A stretch of 64,000 bases of DNA, from positions 2,480,001 through 2,544,000 of the forward strand of contig JBHGNT010000015.1 in NCBI GenBank assembly GCA_043228905.1. The letters are read 5' to 3'. Every line of letters begins with the position of its first letter. The stretch's first letter is position 1. Source of the stretch: Azolla caroliniana (lineage: Eukaryota; Plantae; Polypodiophyta). This document shows, piece by piece, positions 51,881-63,407 of this stretch. Made by a program: the position numbers and the translations under genes. Under the pieces are notes generated by a model. That model did no database searches, was not told the DNA's origin, and saw nothing but the letters and a program-made list of their open reading frames with translations.

Positions 51881-51930
<50 letters not shown>

Positions 51931-52320
51931 CAAATCTCCAATAGTATTAGAATTCTTATTACAAATGGTGTACCTTTATGGGATGGGTTTACATGTAGAA
52001 ATCACAACAATAATATAGTGTGATTGATTATATGTTGTTTTCATATAGTATTTGGGATCACATACATAAAATTTCACTTTGACATTGGAATCCACAATTG
52101 GATCATATGACCTTATGAATTGATCATAAATGAATATTAACTTAACTACCTAGGAAGTTAATTGGTAATGTTTGCACACCCAATAGAAAGCATATGCATG
52201 TTGTAAATTTAGGAGACACGCACAAGGTGAACGGAAATGAAACTCATAAATAGTGGTCAAGCATTTCTATTACAATCATAATGTAACACCACCCTATGAC
52301 CACGATGGCATATCACTTAT

Positions 52321-52650
52321 AAATAAAACATAGGACGTCTACAAACCAAAAGATGCAAGATTTAATTGCTCATTCTCCCATGAAGCATGAATCAAGTTTC
52401 CTTAAAGTGGTCAACATGACTCATACCGTCAAGTATTGATTGCACTTCCAATGGTCACTACTAAATACCAAGGGGTTGCCCTTCCTCAAACCAAAAGATA
52501 AAACATAAATAAAACATACAATCTCTACAAACCAATAGGCACAATATTTAATAGTTCATTCTCCCATGAAGCATGAGTTGAGTTTCCTTGAAGTGGCCAA
52601 CATGACTCGTAGGCTTTAGGTGTTGCACTTCTAAGGGTCAATACTGAATC
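52321..52650. repeat. Old two-copy ~186-bp duplication
   Basis: AAATAAAACATA...CATTCTCCCATGAAGCATGA...AACATGACTC at 52321 and 52507. Confidence 0.7.
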
Positions 52651-52989
52651 CTGAGGAGTGGGTTGGTCTAAGGGTTAAGGGATCTCACTCCCTAAGGGCA
52701 AAGACTATGTCATATATTAACATATAAAAGCACTTATCTCTCACTCAATGCAACTGTGGAAGCCTCAATGGTTTCTTAAGTTAATTTAAAATTAGCATAC
52801 ACCTAATCACTATAATAATTAAGATATATTGCATGAGGTGTATGGCTCTAGAGCATATAAATGGGGGGCAATGATGTGGGGTTGATATTAAGGATGAGGT
52901 ACAAGATTATGAAAAAGAAAAGGTTAACTTTGCAATGTGTATTATATACAAGAGGTTGATATGTTGAGAAAGTGTCGCCATGTATGCCT

Positions 52990-53340
52990 ATTAAATTAGT
53001 TCAGAATGGAGTGGTTGCGGAAACAATTAGTTCAATAACCTTATGGATTTTGTAGACTAACTGTAGATGTCGAATAATATTTCAACAAATTCAATGGAAT
53101 GTTGTGGATGTAGTCAAGGAGATTTGGGTGACCTTGGTGCATACACTAAAAGGAGAATATGATGTTATCAAAGGTGATTCAGATGTAGTGTTTCGAAAGA
53201 AAGAGGTTTTTAAGAAGAGATGGGAAATGATGACGATATTCAGTATGGTTAATGGTGGTATACGTTGGAGGTATCAGCCACCGCTCTAGGTATTTACTCC
53301 ATCGACATGAGGCATGTGGCCATGAATAACTGTTATTAGT
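52990..53340 (+). mobile_element. LINE 3'-end remnant related to 19406-19951
   Basis: ITLWIL...CRIIF...KEIWVTLVHTLKGEYDVIKG...IRWRYQPP parallels the 19.6-19.9 kb translation. Confidence 0.6.
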
Positions 53341-55085
53341 AATGCTTTGGGACATATGTATGTCTATAGTAGTCCAAGAGCAGTTGAAAAGGTAAAAATC
53401 TATGCTGAAATTTCATGTAAGTCACTTTAAACATAATATAAACCATTGTTAGAAAGAAGAAGACGAAGGTATATTTAATCTTAACTAAATAGATAGCTAT
53501 GACACAAGAAACATACAAGGTGTCTCAATGAATAAATAGTTGCCAAGTAAAAACCATATATATCTCAATTAATTACTGTGGAAAAGCTACGTGGAGGAAA
53601 GTGACTCAAAGTGGATGTAAAGAAGAGTGAATGGGGACCAAAAGGTAGGCCCAAATTTGGGGCACCCAGAGGTTTTTTTATATGAGAACTCTTGCTTTTT
53701 TATAGAAGTTGAACCCCTAAAGAGTTCCTTTTGGCATTACAATGTCATTGGCAATTAGTCATTCATACCCAATAAGGTTCCACACAAATTACAATATGTC
53801 ATGTTTCTTGCATGTGTTTTGCCAATGATCAATATTTTGGATTGAAAATAAGAGCCTTATAGGGTTGTTATAACTTATAACTAAATAATATGACATAGTT
53901 GTCCTCAATAAAGCAAAGATATGGAAAGATTATTGCAAAACCACAAAAGAAACTATCATAATCACATTGGTGAAGTCTACAATATAAGGTTTACAATACC
54001 ACTTGCAAGGTCAACAAAATGTGGGGAGAAGGTATTGTTTGTTAAGGCAAAATGAGTAGAAATTAACTATTGTTTACATGGTTGATTAATTGATGATTTG
54101 ATTTAAGTATCTTTGTAGCTTCATTGTAATCTCCCCCATTTTGATCAATATAATTTATACTCATTGGTGTACATGAGTGTTCTCTCTCTTTATACTCTCT
54201 CACACACACATTTACTTAGTTTATATACTTAATAATCTATAGAACAACAATCTCAAGTTCTTTACATTGTGTAAGAGGTATTGTGCCATCTTGTATTTCC
54301 AACTTTGGATAGTCTAGTCATGCTCCTTATTGCGGAGAGTGTTTCCTATTTGCATATTCATATTCATCTTCTTGTTGATAATTTCTCCTTCTTGTCATGT
54401 CGATTTCTCCCTTGACTCACAACAGAAGACATGTGATCGGGCTACTCCATATACAAGCTATGTGGCCACATTATAATAACAATGGTTGGTTTCAAGGTAT
54501 TAGTGCTACATGCTACATTGATAATGCCTTGACGTCACACTTGACTCCATGCATGAAAATTATGTAAGATGACATAAAGGAAAAGGATAACATGGGTAGT
54601 TGTGTAATGCATTAATGACTTGCAACAATGGGGTATGTTTATCAATGACGAGACCTTGAAAATTGATAACTTATGTGATTCTCCAGCCTCCATCGAAGAG
54701 GTGCAAGTTTGACTTGATGGCCTATCCATACATTTTGGCATCGTAAGAACCACCATCATCATGAGAGACATATTGCCATGTTCTTTGACCTACAACCAAT
54801 CTTGCTATTCAAAGAGAGCTACAATAAGGGTAATAAACAATTTGATTTGGAAATGCAAATGCCCTATCGAACTTAGATGATGATCGTGGACGATATAAAG
54901 GAAGAGGGTAACAAAATGAATGGAATAGTGAGCACACATGATCTTTGTAATAGCAAGAGGAGAACTTCCCATTTGAAAATGGGAAGTGAAATGGATGAGG
55001 AAACTCCAAAAGAAAGGGGGTGGGGTCAATGGTGGAGGAAACGATCATCAAACCTGAGTGTCACCATTGCGACATATCATGTTAC

Positions 55086-55466
55086 ATGGAGGTAGATGAT
55101 TGGAAGTTCAGAAGAGTGTTGTAGCCAACAATTGACAACTATGTTACCAACATATGAAAAAAGTGCTCTTGATGATTTCATAAAATCAACTCTATGAAGG
55201 CAAAACACTAGTGTTTTTCGATGAATGAACTTGCAATTGGTGGGCACTTGACTGACCAAGCAATGTGAAGGAATGGAGGCAGATGATTGGAAGTTCAGAA
55301 GAGTGTTGTAGCCAACAATTGACAACTATGGTACCAACATATGAAAAAAGTGCTCTTAATGATTTCATAAAATCAACTCTATGAAGGCAAAACACTAGTG
55401 TTTTTCGATGAATGAACTTGCAATTGGTGGGCACTTGACTGACCAAGCTATGTGAAGGAATGGAGG
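55086..55466. repeat. Two-copy 187-bp tandem duplication inside probable decayed retroelement sequence
   Basis: ATGGAGG.AGATGATTGGAAGTTCAGAAG... at 55086 and 55273, few mismatches. Confidence 0.85.
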
Positions 55467-55866
55467 GCAAACTAGAAGAATGTGGAGCAAGATGGATTGG
55501 ATATCTTTCCACATGGAACATCACATGATATATGCACACTTAAGACATATCATGAGAATGGTAGAATTCATTTGATATGGAGCTCGAACAATATGACATG
55601 GATTTGCTCAACGTGTTCCACTTGCTTGACAAGATTGATGGTTGGCTCGACTACCATGACTTGTTAAGGGTGGCATGGATGCGCTTGACTATGCTCCATC
55701 AACATTGCACAAATGCACTAGTCTATCTAGTTGATTAGTGTGACACCAATGTGGTGACAATGTGCTTAATGGTGTGATTCAAAACTCACTAAATGTCTTG
55801 CTCAATTGTCCACTCAATGACATGATTAACTCTTGACTTATTGATCCAATCAATGAACCAACTCAA

Positions 55867-56409
55867 TGTTACCCAGTGGGACAAGCAGGATAAACGGGAC
55901 AAGTGTGAAACGTAGCAAAAGTAGCCGAGCACTAACGGCCGAATAGGGAAGCCGAATATCAAGGAAGGAGTAGGTGGAAAACGCAGAGCAGAAAGGAAGC
56001 TATATATATCGAGGAGAAACAAACACAGGAAGGGGGGGGGGGGGGCATTATTGGAGCAGACTAAGCCTAGATGTATACTAGAAAAGAGGGAGTGAGAGTG
56101 ACCGAGTCTACTCGATACTTGTATATGTAATTGTATGCTACAATAATCGAATATACATATAAATACTTTGTGGGCAATTTCTGTGTCTGTCTCATCTCGT
56201 ATAATTATATCCACTTAACGTTTGGTCTGTGTAAGGACATAAGTGTGAATCGGTTGTAGCTAATTTCACAGTGTGTCCATCATATTCTCTGTAAACGATC
56301 CGAGCAATGCTCGTTAGTACGTTGTGACCTGAGTCTCTTACGCACCACGATTCCTTGACCCGATTACTCAGGAGGAGTAATCAAAGTTGTTCTCCAGGAG
56401 GTAGTAACA
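55867..56409 (+). mobile_element. Probable solo LTR
   Basis: TGTTAC...GTAACA termini; higher GC than flanks; TATA-like CTATATATA; inserted within a ~49-bp tandem repeat. TSD not cleanly resolved. Confidence 0.65.
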
Positions 56410-57254
56410 CAAATGACATGATTAACTCTTGACTTGTTGATCCAATCAACGAACCAACTCAATGACTCACTCAATGTCCCAATCAACCATTACGACATGG
56501 AGAAAGCAACTTGACCACTCGATTGTTACAATATTGTCAATTGATGTTATCCACATAAGTTTTAACACACCAACAAATGCAAGAGCAAAGGTGCCTAACC
56601 AATAAAGTTAGGTGAAGGTGTTGAATTGACAAAGATGTTGATGACTTCAATAAGAGGATGTGAAATTCCACTTCTACATTGATGATGAGCTACGTGTGCA
56701 TATGGCTAGGACACTCAAAGTGAAGAAAGCCATGCAAATGGATAATGAGTGAATATGTTTCTTAAATCAAAATGAAGATTTTTCAATTGGACAATAAAAG
56801 AAGAACGACGAACTTCTCCAAAGCATACTATGATGCAACATGAATACATCTTCAACACAATCAAAGTGAGAGAGGGGATCCTCAACATAGTTGAACCAAT
56901 CACTAGCTAGTTTGAAATGTACACAATGGGACTTGGTAGGGATAAAAGGTTTATACTCTTTGGTGCATATATATTTCTCTCTTTCACACAAATGATACAT
57001 ATTCTAATATGTATACACACTTGATCCTCTATATAATTACATTCTCTAGTTCTTGAGAATTGTTATATTTATATATGTCTCCCTTCTCTACTATTGAGAA
57101 TGCATGCACATGATTTAAAAATTGGCCACTCTCAAGGCATGATATCTCAAGGTATCAAGACTAAAAATTCTCAAATGGAGAGAAATGAAAACACAAACTT
57201 GGGCAAGTGTTTAATTGTGCATTACATCTTGACATGACCCATTGTTGGATTACA

Positions 57255-57580
57255 AATTGGATCACACCTTTTACATAAAGGGGGAGATATCGATTATATA
57301 AATGATTATCAAACAATCATAGTTGATTTTCTTATGACAAAGTTATTTGGATGTGTCATGGAAGCAAAACTAAGTGGATAAATTGGAGAGAATGGATAAA
57401 CAATAGCCCCTTCTCTTATGGAAAAGTTATTTGGATATGTATGGTCGCAACTCTAAGTTCATGAGATGGGGAGAATGGTAAGTTGGTTTATGAAAAACAC
57501 CATAACACCATTGACCACCTTATGACTCTTCTAGAGCTAATGCAGGAAATGTTGTTTGAAAGGTAAAGCATTAACATGTC
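57255..57580 (+). mobile_element. Decayed RTE-like LINE RT fragment
   Basis: KGGDIDYINDYQTIIV...MTKLFGCVMEAKLS and HHNTIDHLMTL resemble the RT N-terminal region of non-LTR elements. Confidence 0.55.
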
Positions 57581-57968
57581 GACTCATAGACGTGTCCAAA
57601 AGCATTTGTTATGAATTTTCTTCAAGTTAAGATACACACGCCATACATCTTGAGACTCTCACTTTCCATGATGATTATGAGCATCGAAATGTTGTGGACC
57701 ATATGCTTAAGGTTTAAAATGAAATGAAAATTTGTAGTATCGTTTTGGAAACAAGTAAAAAATTCAAAAAGATACACAAAAAGGCCAAACGATCGAGTTC
57801 AAGATGCATGGAAGAGATGACAAAAGGTAAGTCTGAATAATGGATGAATTACACTTGCTTTATGATGCACCAATATATTCTTTTGCAATTGAAGTTTTTT
57901 TTATGCCAACATATCATGACTTAGGAAATATGTGGAATCTCATGTTCCACATGATATATTACATATTT

Positions 57969-58630
57969 TGTTAAACACAGTGCTCGGCCACAACCGAGGA
58001 ATAGGATCAACTCCCAGAAAACAGGAAATACAAAATACACGAAGACAACAGAGAGAAAGGTACACAGGATGTTTTGCGTGGAAAACCCTAAATGGGAAAA
58101 AACCACGGGAGTCCTCAAACTCCAACTATCACTATAAACAGAGATGTACAATGGTGAAGCTACAAGGCAACAACCTTGAGCTCACTGTCTTCGCCACAGG
58201 CGGCGGCAATACACAGAGGCGTCGACCTCTTCCTTTCTCTCTCTTTCTCTCTCGGCTGCTCTCACTTCGCTCCCTCGGCTGAAAACATAAAATGAGCAAC
58301 AACATCTAAACTGTTTGCCCTAAGTCATATTTATACACATATGACTTTCGGGCTATTTACAAATATAGCCTCAAGGGCCCTTGGCAAACATATTCACAAA
58401 TATGTCCCCGCATCCGGATCTCTCTCCGGGTACATTCGTCATCCGGCTCCGTAGCCGGGGTCTTCAGCATCCGGCTCCGTAGCCGGGGTCTTCATCATCC
58501 GGATCCGTAGCCGGGTACTCTTCATCCGGCTTCATGCCGGGTACTCTTCATCATCCGGTTCCGTAACCGCAACCGGGCTTGCCGTCATTCATCTCCGGAC
58601 ATCCCATCCGGAGGGACCGAGATCCCAACA
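57969..58630 (-). repeat. 3' LTR of copia-3
   Basis: TG...CA termini; adjacent to the PPT. Confidence 0.97.
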
Positions 58631-58640
58631 AACTCCCCCT

Positions 58641-61600
58641 TCACTTCGGCATGGGATGTCTCTCCAATCCGATCCTCTTCCGGCATGCTTCCAGCTTGTC
58701 GGGTGTGAGCACCTTGGTCAGCATATCCGACCCGTTCTCGTCCGTGTGGATCTTCGTCAGTGCGAACTCCTTGTCTTCTATCCTTTCCCGGATCCAGTGG
58801 TATCTACGCTGGATGTGTTTCGTCCGGGAATGGTAGGCCGCGTTCTTCGCAAGGTGGATGGCACTCTGACTATCGCAGTAGAGCCGGTACTCCTCCTGCC
58901 GGATACCGAGCTCTCTAATGAAGTCCTTCATCCATATTATTTCCTTGCCGGCTTCAACAGCCGCCATGTACTCCGCCTCCGTGGTTGACAACGCAACCGT
59001 CTTCTGCAATCTCGACTGCCACGAAACGGCTCCCCCTGCATATGTCATTACATACCCTGATGTAGACCGGCTGGTATCCGCATCAGCCGACATGTCCGAA
59101 TCGGTAAAACCATCGAGTTCGGGCTTACCGGAGCCGAATCGGAGGCACATGTTCGAAGTGCCCTTTAAGTATCGGAGTATCCATTTGACCGCGTTCCAGT
59201 GCTCCTTGCCGGGATTACTCATATACCGGCTCACCACTCCGACTGCGTATCCAATGTCCGGTCGGGTACACACCATTGCGTACATCAAGCTCCCGACGGC
59301 AGAGGCATATGGTATCTTCATCATATCCTCCTTTTCAACTTTTGTCTTGGGACTTTGCTTGCCGGATAACTTGCAGTTTGCCGGGAGGGTCGACCCGACC
59401 GGTCTTGCTTCCGACATGTTGAACCGGTGAAGCACCTTTGTCACGTACTTCTCCTGTGACAGCCACAACTGCTTCTTCTTCCGGTCCCGGATGATGTGCA
59501 TCCCTAGTATTTGCCTCGCCGGACCCAGGTCCTTCATTGAGAAAGTTCGGTGAAGCGCTTTCTTCAGCATCCGTATCTTGGCCTGGTCCCGTCCGACGAT
59601 CAACATGTCGTCCACGTACAGGAGGAGTATTAGAAAGTCTCCTCCTTCAAACTTCTTCACAAACACGCAGTGATCGGACTGCGTTTTGTGGTACCCTTCG
59701 TCGGTCATGAAAGAGTCGAACTTCCAGTACCATTGCCGGGGAGCCTGCTTTAGTCCGTAAAGGCTCTTCTTCAACCGGCACACCAGGTGCTCCTTCCCTT
59801 TCTTCTCGAATCCTTCTGGTTGCTGCATGTAGATCTCTTCTTCGAGGTCACCGTGAAGGAATGCCGTCTTCACGTCCATCTGTTCTACCTCGAGGTCCAT
59901 GCTTGCCGCTATGCTCAGCACCGTTCGGATGGAGGTCATCTTCACTACCGGGGCAAATATCTCGTCGAAGTCGACGCCCTTCTTCTGCTGGAACCCCTTC
60001 ACCACGATCCTGGCTTTGTATCTCGGGGGGTTTCCGGCATCTCCCGGTTTCAGCTTGAACACCCACTTGTTTCGAAGTGCCCGCTTTCCTTTCGGCAACT
60101 CCACAAGTTCATATGTGTGGTTCTCATGCAGGGAATCCATCTCCTCCTGCATGGCACTTAACCACCTGCGGCTATGTGTGTCAAGCTTTGCTTCTTCAAA
60201 ACTCTCCGGCTCCCCCTCGTCAGTTAGCAGCACGTGCTCTGGTTCCGGAAATCTCCGGGGGGCCCTTCTCTCTCTTAGAGGATATCTCCGCTCCGGAGCT
60301 TCGGTAACCGGCTCCTCCGTTTCCTCTCCATCCGAATCCATTTCGGGATCGGGGCCGGTTCCGGTATCAGTTTCATCTTCCTCGGCCGGTTCTGTTTCTT
60401 CACCGTCTTCGGCCGGATCCTCGAGTGCTAACCGGTCCCTTGCCGGTCGGGACTGCTCCTCGTAGAGTTGATTCTCACCGGTCGACTTGGAGTTCTTCAA
60501 CTTCTTCTCCGACTCCCAGTCGGCGAGTGTCTTGTCCTCCATGAAGATGATATCACGACTCCGGAATATCTTTTTGTCGACCGGGTCCCATACTCGGTAG
60601 CCGAACTCGTCATCGCCGTAACCGAGGAATATGCATGGCCGGGTCTTTGGATCTAGCTTTCCTCTCCGGTCCTTTGCCACATGCACATATGTGAGACACC
60701 CGAACACCTTCAGATGCCGGTAGGATACTTCCCTACCGGTCCACACTCTCTGCGGCGTGTCTCCGTCCAAAGGCACTGAGGGTGATCTGTTTATCACGTA
60801 TGTCGCCGTCGACATTGCCTCAGCCCAAAATCCCTTGGGTAATTTCGCATGCGCCAGCATACTCCGGACCCTCTCCATTATGGTCCGGTTCATCCTCTCG
60901 GCCAGCCCGTTCAGTTCCGGCGTCTTCGGCACAGTAAACTCGAGCCGGATTCCCTTCGAGCGACAGTACTCCTCGAACTGCCCCCGGTATTCCCCTCCGT
61001 TATCCGCTTGTATCGCTTTCAGCTTCTTGCCGGATTCTCTTTCCACTCTCGCGTGGAGTTCTTTGAAGACGGACAATACTTGGTCCTTTGTCTTCAACGG
61101 TGCCGTCCACAGCTTCCGGCTATGGTCATCTATGAATGTTACGAAGTACTGGGCTCCGCCATGTGACTTCGTTTCTACCTGACACACATCAGTGTGTACC
61201 AACTCCAATGGTACAATACGTCTCATCGGTGGTCTTGAGCGGAAGGAGGTCCGGTTTTGCTTACCGGCCAGACAGTCGGTACACTTCCCCAGTTGTACGT
61301 GCTTTACCGGTATCAGGTTGTCTTCGGCAAGCCTCTTCATCCCCTTCTCGCTCATGTGGCACAGTCTCTTGTGCCACAGCTCACCGGTAGTGTCAGCTGC
61401 CACGTTCAGCTCCTCCGGACATAGCCGGGAATTCATCAGGTACAATGTGTTGACCTTCCGGGCCCGAGCCACTATCAGGCTCCCTTTGCTGAACTTCATG
61501 ACACCGTTCCGGATGCTACCCGTGTAGCCTTCATCGTCTAGCCTGCCGGCCGAAATCAGGTTCAATCGAACCTCCGGAACGTGTCGAACATCCTTCAGCA

Positions 61601-62714
61601 GCATCTTGCATCCGGTTGATGTCATCAGCCACACGTCTCCTATGCCGGCAATCCGGCATGTACCTTCATTTCCCATCCGGACACAGCCGTGCTCACCGGC
61701 TGTGTAGGATGAGAAGTATTTCTTCTCCGGGGTCAAGTGGAACGACGCTCCGGAATCGACCACCCAGGTCATCTCTTCACCGGCAAGGTTCAGCTCCCTC
61801 TCTTCGGTAATGAGCATTATCTCTTCTTCACTTGCCGCGAGTGCCATCGTTCCTTTCCGGTCCTGCCCTCGCCGATCCGGACCTCTCCGGTCCGTGGCTC
61901 CCCGGTATGCACCGTTTCTCTCCGGTGACTTCTTCGAATCGGTGTCGTCGGCTCCGTTGTCCTTTCGGTAATGCCGACAATTCTTCCGGAAGTGCCCCGG
62001 CTTCCCACAGTGGAAGCATGTGGGTCTTCCTCTTGACTGCGACCGGGTCCCCGACTTCTCCCGTCTTTGCGGACTCCGGTTCCATTGTCTTCCCCGTTCC
62101 GATTCGGTAAGCAGCGCCTTCGAGTCGGAGGCTGGTTCTTTATCTCTCCGACGCGCTTCTTCGTTCAAAATACTTGTCTTTACCGTTTGTAGGGACAAGT
62201 TATCTTCGGTGCAGGAGGTGCTGAGAGTCACCACCAAGTTCTCCCAGCTTTCCGGCAATGTACACATCAGAATGATGGCTTGCATTGCATCCTCCAACGG
62301 GAACTTGATCGCCGCAAGCTGGTTCACGAATCCCATGAACGTGCTTACGTGTTCCACCATACTCTCGCTGTCCCGGTACTTGAGGTTCACTATCTTCCTC
62401 ATCAGGGAGGTCCGGTTCAACGCATTCTTCCTCTCGTAGAGGCCCGACAGCTTCCGCCACATCTCATATGCGTTGGTGTCGTTCGCCACATGTTGTAGAA
62501 CACTTACATCGACATATTGCCGGATCGTCGCTACGGCTTTCCGGTTCAGGAGCTTCCACTCCGACTCTATTACTCCCTTGGGTATCTCGGCATTGTCGAT
62601 CGGTTCGTACAGGTCTCGGACGATGAGAAGGTCTTCCATCTTTATCTTCCAGTCGGCGTAGTTCTGTGAGTTCAACACCATCATGCCCGGAGGCCCACTA
62701 CCGCCGCCTTCCAT
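58641..62714 (-). CDS. Ty1/copia gag-pol polyprotein, 1357 aa (Tnt1-like)
   Basis: CFHCGKPGHFRKNC; WVVDSGASFH; WHKRLCH; HTDVC...ADNGGEY...GLAERMNRT; QMDVKTAFL, LLYVDDML; FTDSD...EAEY...CDSQSA...SDMLTK. No stops. Confidence 0.97.
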   Translation of the reverse strand: MEGGGSGPPGMMVLNSQNYADWKIKMEDLLIVRDLYEPIDNAEIPKGVIESEWKLLNRKAVATIRQYVDVSVLQHVANDTNAYEMWRKLSGLYERKNALNRTSLMRKIVNLKYRDSESMVEHVSTFMGFVNQLAAIKFPLEDAMQAIILMCTLPESWENLVVTLSTSCTEDNLSLQTVKTSILNEEARRRDKEPASDSKALLTESERGRQWNRSPQRREKSGTRSQSRGRPTCFHCGKPGHFRKNCRHYRKDNGADDTDSKKSPERNGAYRGATDRRGPDRRGQDRKGTMALAASEEEIMLITEERELNLAGEEMTWVVDSGASFHLTPEKKYFSSYTAGEHGCVRMGNEGTCRIAGIGDVWLMTSTGCKMLLKDVRHVPEVRLNLISAGRLDDEGYTGSIRNGVMKFSKGSLIVARARKVNTLYLMNSRLCPEELNVAADTTGELWHKRLCHMSEKGMKRLAEDNLIPVKHVQLGKCTDCLAGKQNRTSFRSRPPMRRIVPLELVHTDVCQVETKSHGGAQYFVTFIDDHSRKLWTAPLKTKDQVLSVFKELHARVERESGKKLKAIQADNGGEYRGQFEEYCRSKGIRLEFTVPKTPELNGLAERMNRTIMERVRSMLAHAKLPKGFWAEAMSTATYVINRSPSVPLDGDTPQRVWTGREVSYRHLKVFGCLTYVHVAKDRRGKLDPKTRPCIFLGYGDDEFGYRVWDPVDKKIFRSRDIIFMEDKTLADWESEKKLKNSKSTGENQLYEEQSRPARDRLALEDPAEDGEETEPAEEDETDTGTGPDPEMDSDGEETEEPVTEAPERRYPLRERRAPRRFPEPEHVLLTDEGEPESFEEAKLDTHSRRWLSAMQEEMDSLHENHTYELVELPKGKRALRNKWVFKLKPGDAGNPPRYKARIVVKGFQQKKGVDFDEIFAPVVKMTSIRTVLSIAASMDLEVEQMDVKTAFLHGDLEEEIYMQQPEGFEKKGKEHLVCRLKKSLYGLKQAPRQWYWKFDSFMTDEGYHKTQSDHCVFVKKFEGGDFLILLLYVDDMLIVGRDQAKIRMLKKALHRTFSMKDLGPARQILGMHIIRDRKKKQLWLSQEKYVTKVLHRFNMSEARPVGSTLPANCKLSGKQSPKTKVEKEDMMKIPYASAVGSLMYAMVCTRPDIGYAVGVVSRYMSNPGKEHWNAVKWILRYLKGTSNMCLRFGSGKPELDGFTDSDMSADADTSRSTSGYVMTYAGGAVSWQSRLQKTVALSTTEAEYMAAVEAGKEIIWMKDFIRELGIRQEEYRLYCDSQSAIHLAKNAAYHSRTKHIQRRYHWIRERIEDKEFALTKIHTDENGSDMLTKVLTPDKLEACRKRIGLERHPMPK

Positions 62715-62730
62715 TTTCTGTGTTAACCGT

Positions 62731-62742
62731 GCTCTGATACCA
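62731..62742 (-). promoter_or_regulatory. Primer binding site (tRNA-iMet) of copia-3
   Basis: TGGTATCAGAGC on the minus strand, 3 nt from the LTR. Confidence 0.95.
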
Positions 62743-62745
62743 CTT

Positions 62746-63407
62746 TGTTAAACACAATGCTCGGCCACAACCGAGGAATAGGATCAACTCCCAGAAAACA
62801 GGAAATACAAAATACACGAAGACAACAGAGAGAAAGGTACACAGGATGTTTTGCGTGGAAAACCCTAAATGGGAAAAAACCACGGGAGTCCTCAAACTCC
62901 AACTATCACTATAAACAGAGATGTACAATGGTGAAGCTACAAGGCAACAACCTTGAGCTCACTGTCTTCGCCACAGGCGGCGGCAATACACAGAGGCGTC
63001 GACCTCTTCCTTTCTCTCTCTTTCTCTCTCGGCTGCTCTCACTTCGCTCCCTCGGCTGAAAACATAAAATGAGCAACAACATCTAAACTGTTTGCCCTAA
63101 GTCATATTTATACACATATGACTTTCGGGCTATTTACAAATATAGCCTCAAGGGCCCTTGGCAAACATATTCACAAATATGTCCCCGCATCCGGATCTCT
63201 CTCCGGGTACATTCGTCATCCGGCTCCGTAGCCGGGGTCTTCAGCATCCGGCTCCGTAGCCGGGGTCTTCATCATCCGGATCCGTAGCCGGGTACTCTTC
63301 ATCCGGCTTCATGCCGGGTACTCTTCATCATCCGGTTCCGTAACCGCAACCGGGCTTGCCGTCATTCATCTCCGGACATCCCATCCGGAGGGACCGAGAT
63401 CCCAACA
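62746..63407 (-). repeat. 5' LTR of copia-3
   Basis: Near-identical to 57969-58630. Confidence 0.97.

Larger units (their letters stand above)
46114..51883 (+). mobile_element. Near full-length L1-type LINE, decayed, bounded by (GA)n
   Basis: 5'UTR, ORF1 and ORF2, short 3'UTR; (GA)n at 46060-46113 and 51884-51925. Confidence 0.9.
57969..63407 (-). mobile_element. Intact, very young Tnt1-like Ty1/copia element (copia-3)
   Basis: 662-bp LTRs at 57969-58630 and 62746-63407, one difference seen; TSD TATTT at 57964-57968 and 63408-63412; PBS-Met 62731-62742; PPT 58631-58646; uninterrupted ORF. Confidence 0.98.

Noticed and set aside
53900-57100. A definable full LTR element around the solo LTR
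   Set aside because: The sequence looks like heavily decayed copia, but I could not fix termini or domains.
59787-62661. Multiple plus-strand ORFs over copia-3
   Set aside because: Antisense shadows of a GC-rich intact polyprotein gene.
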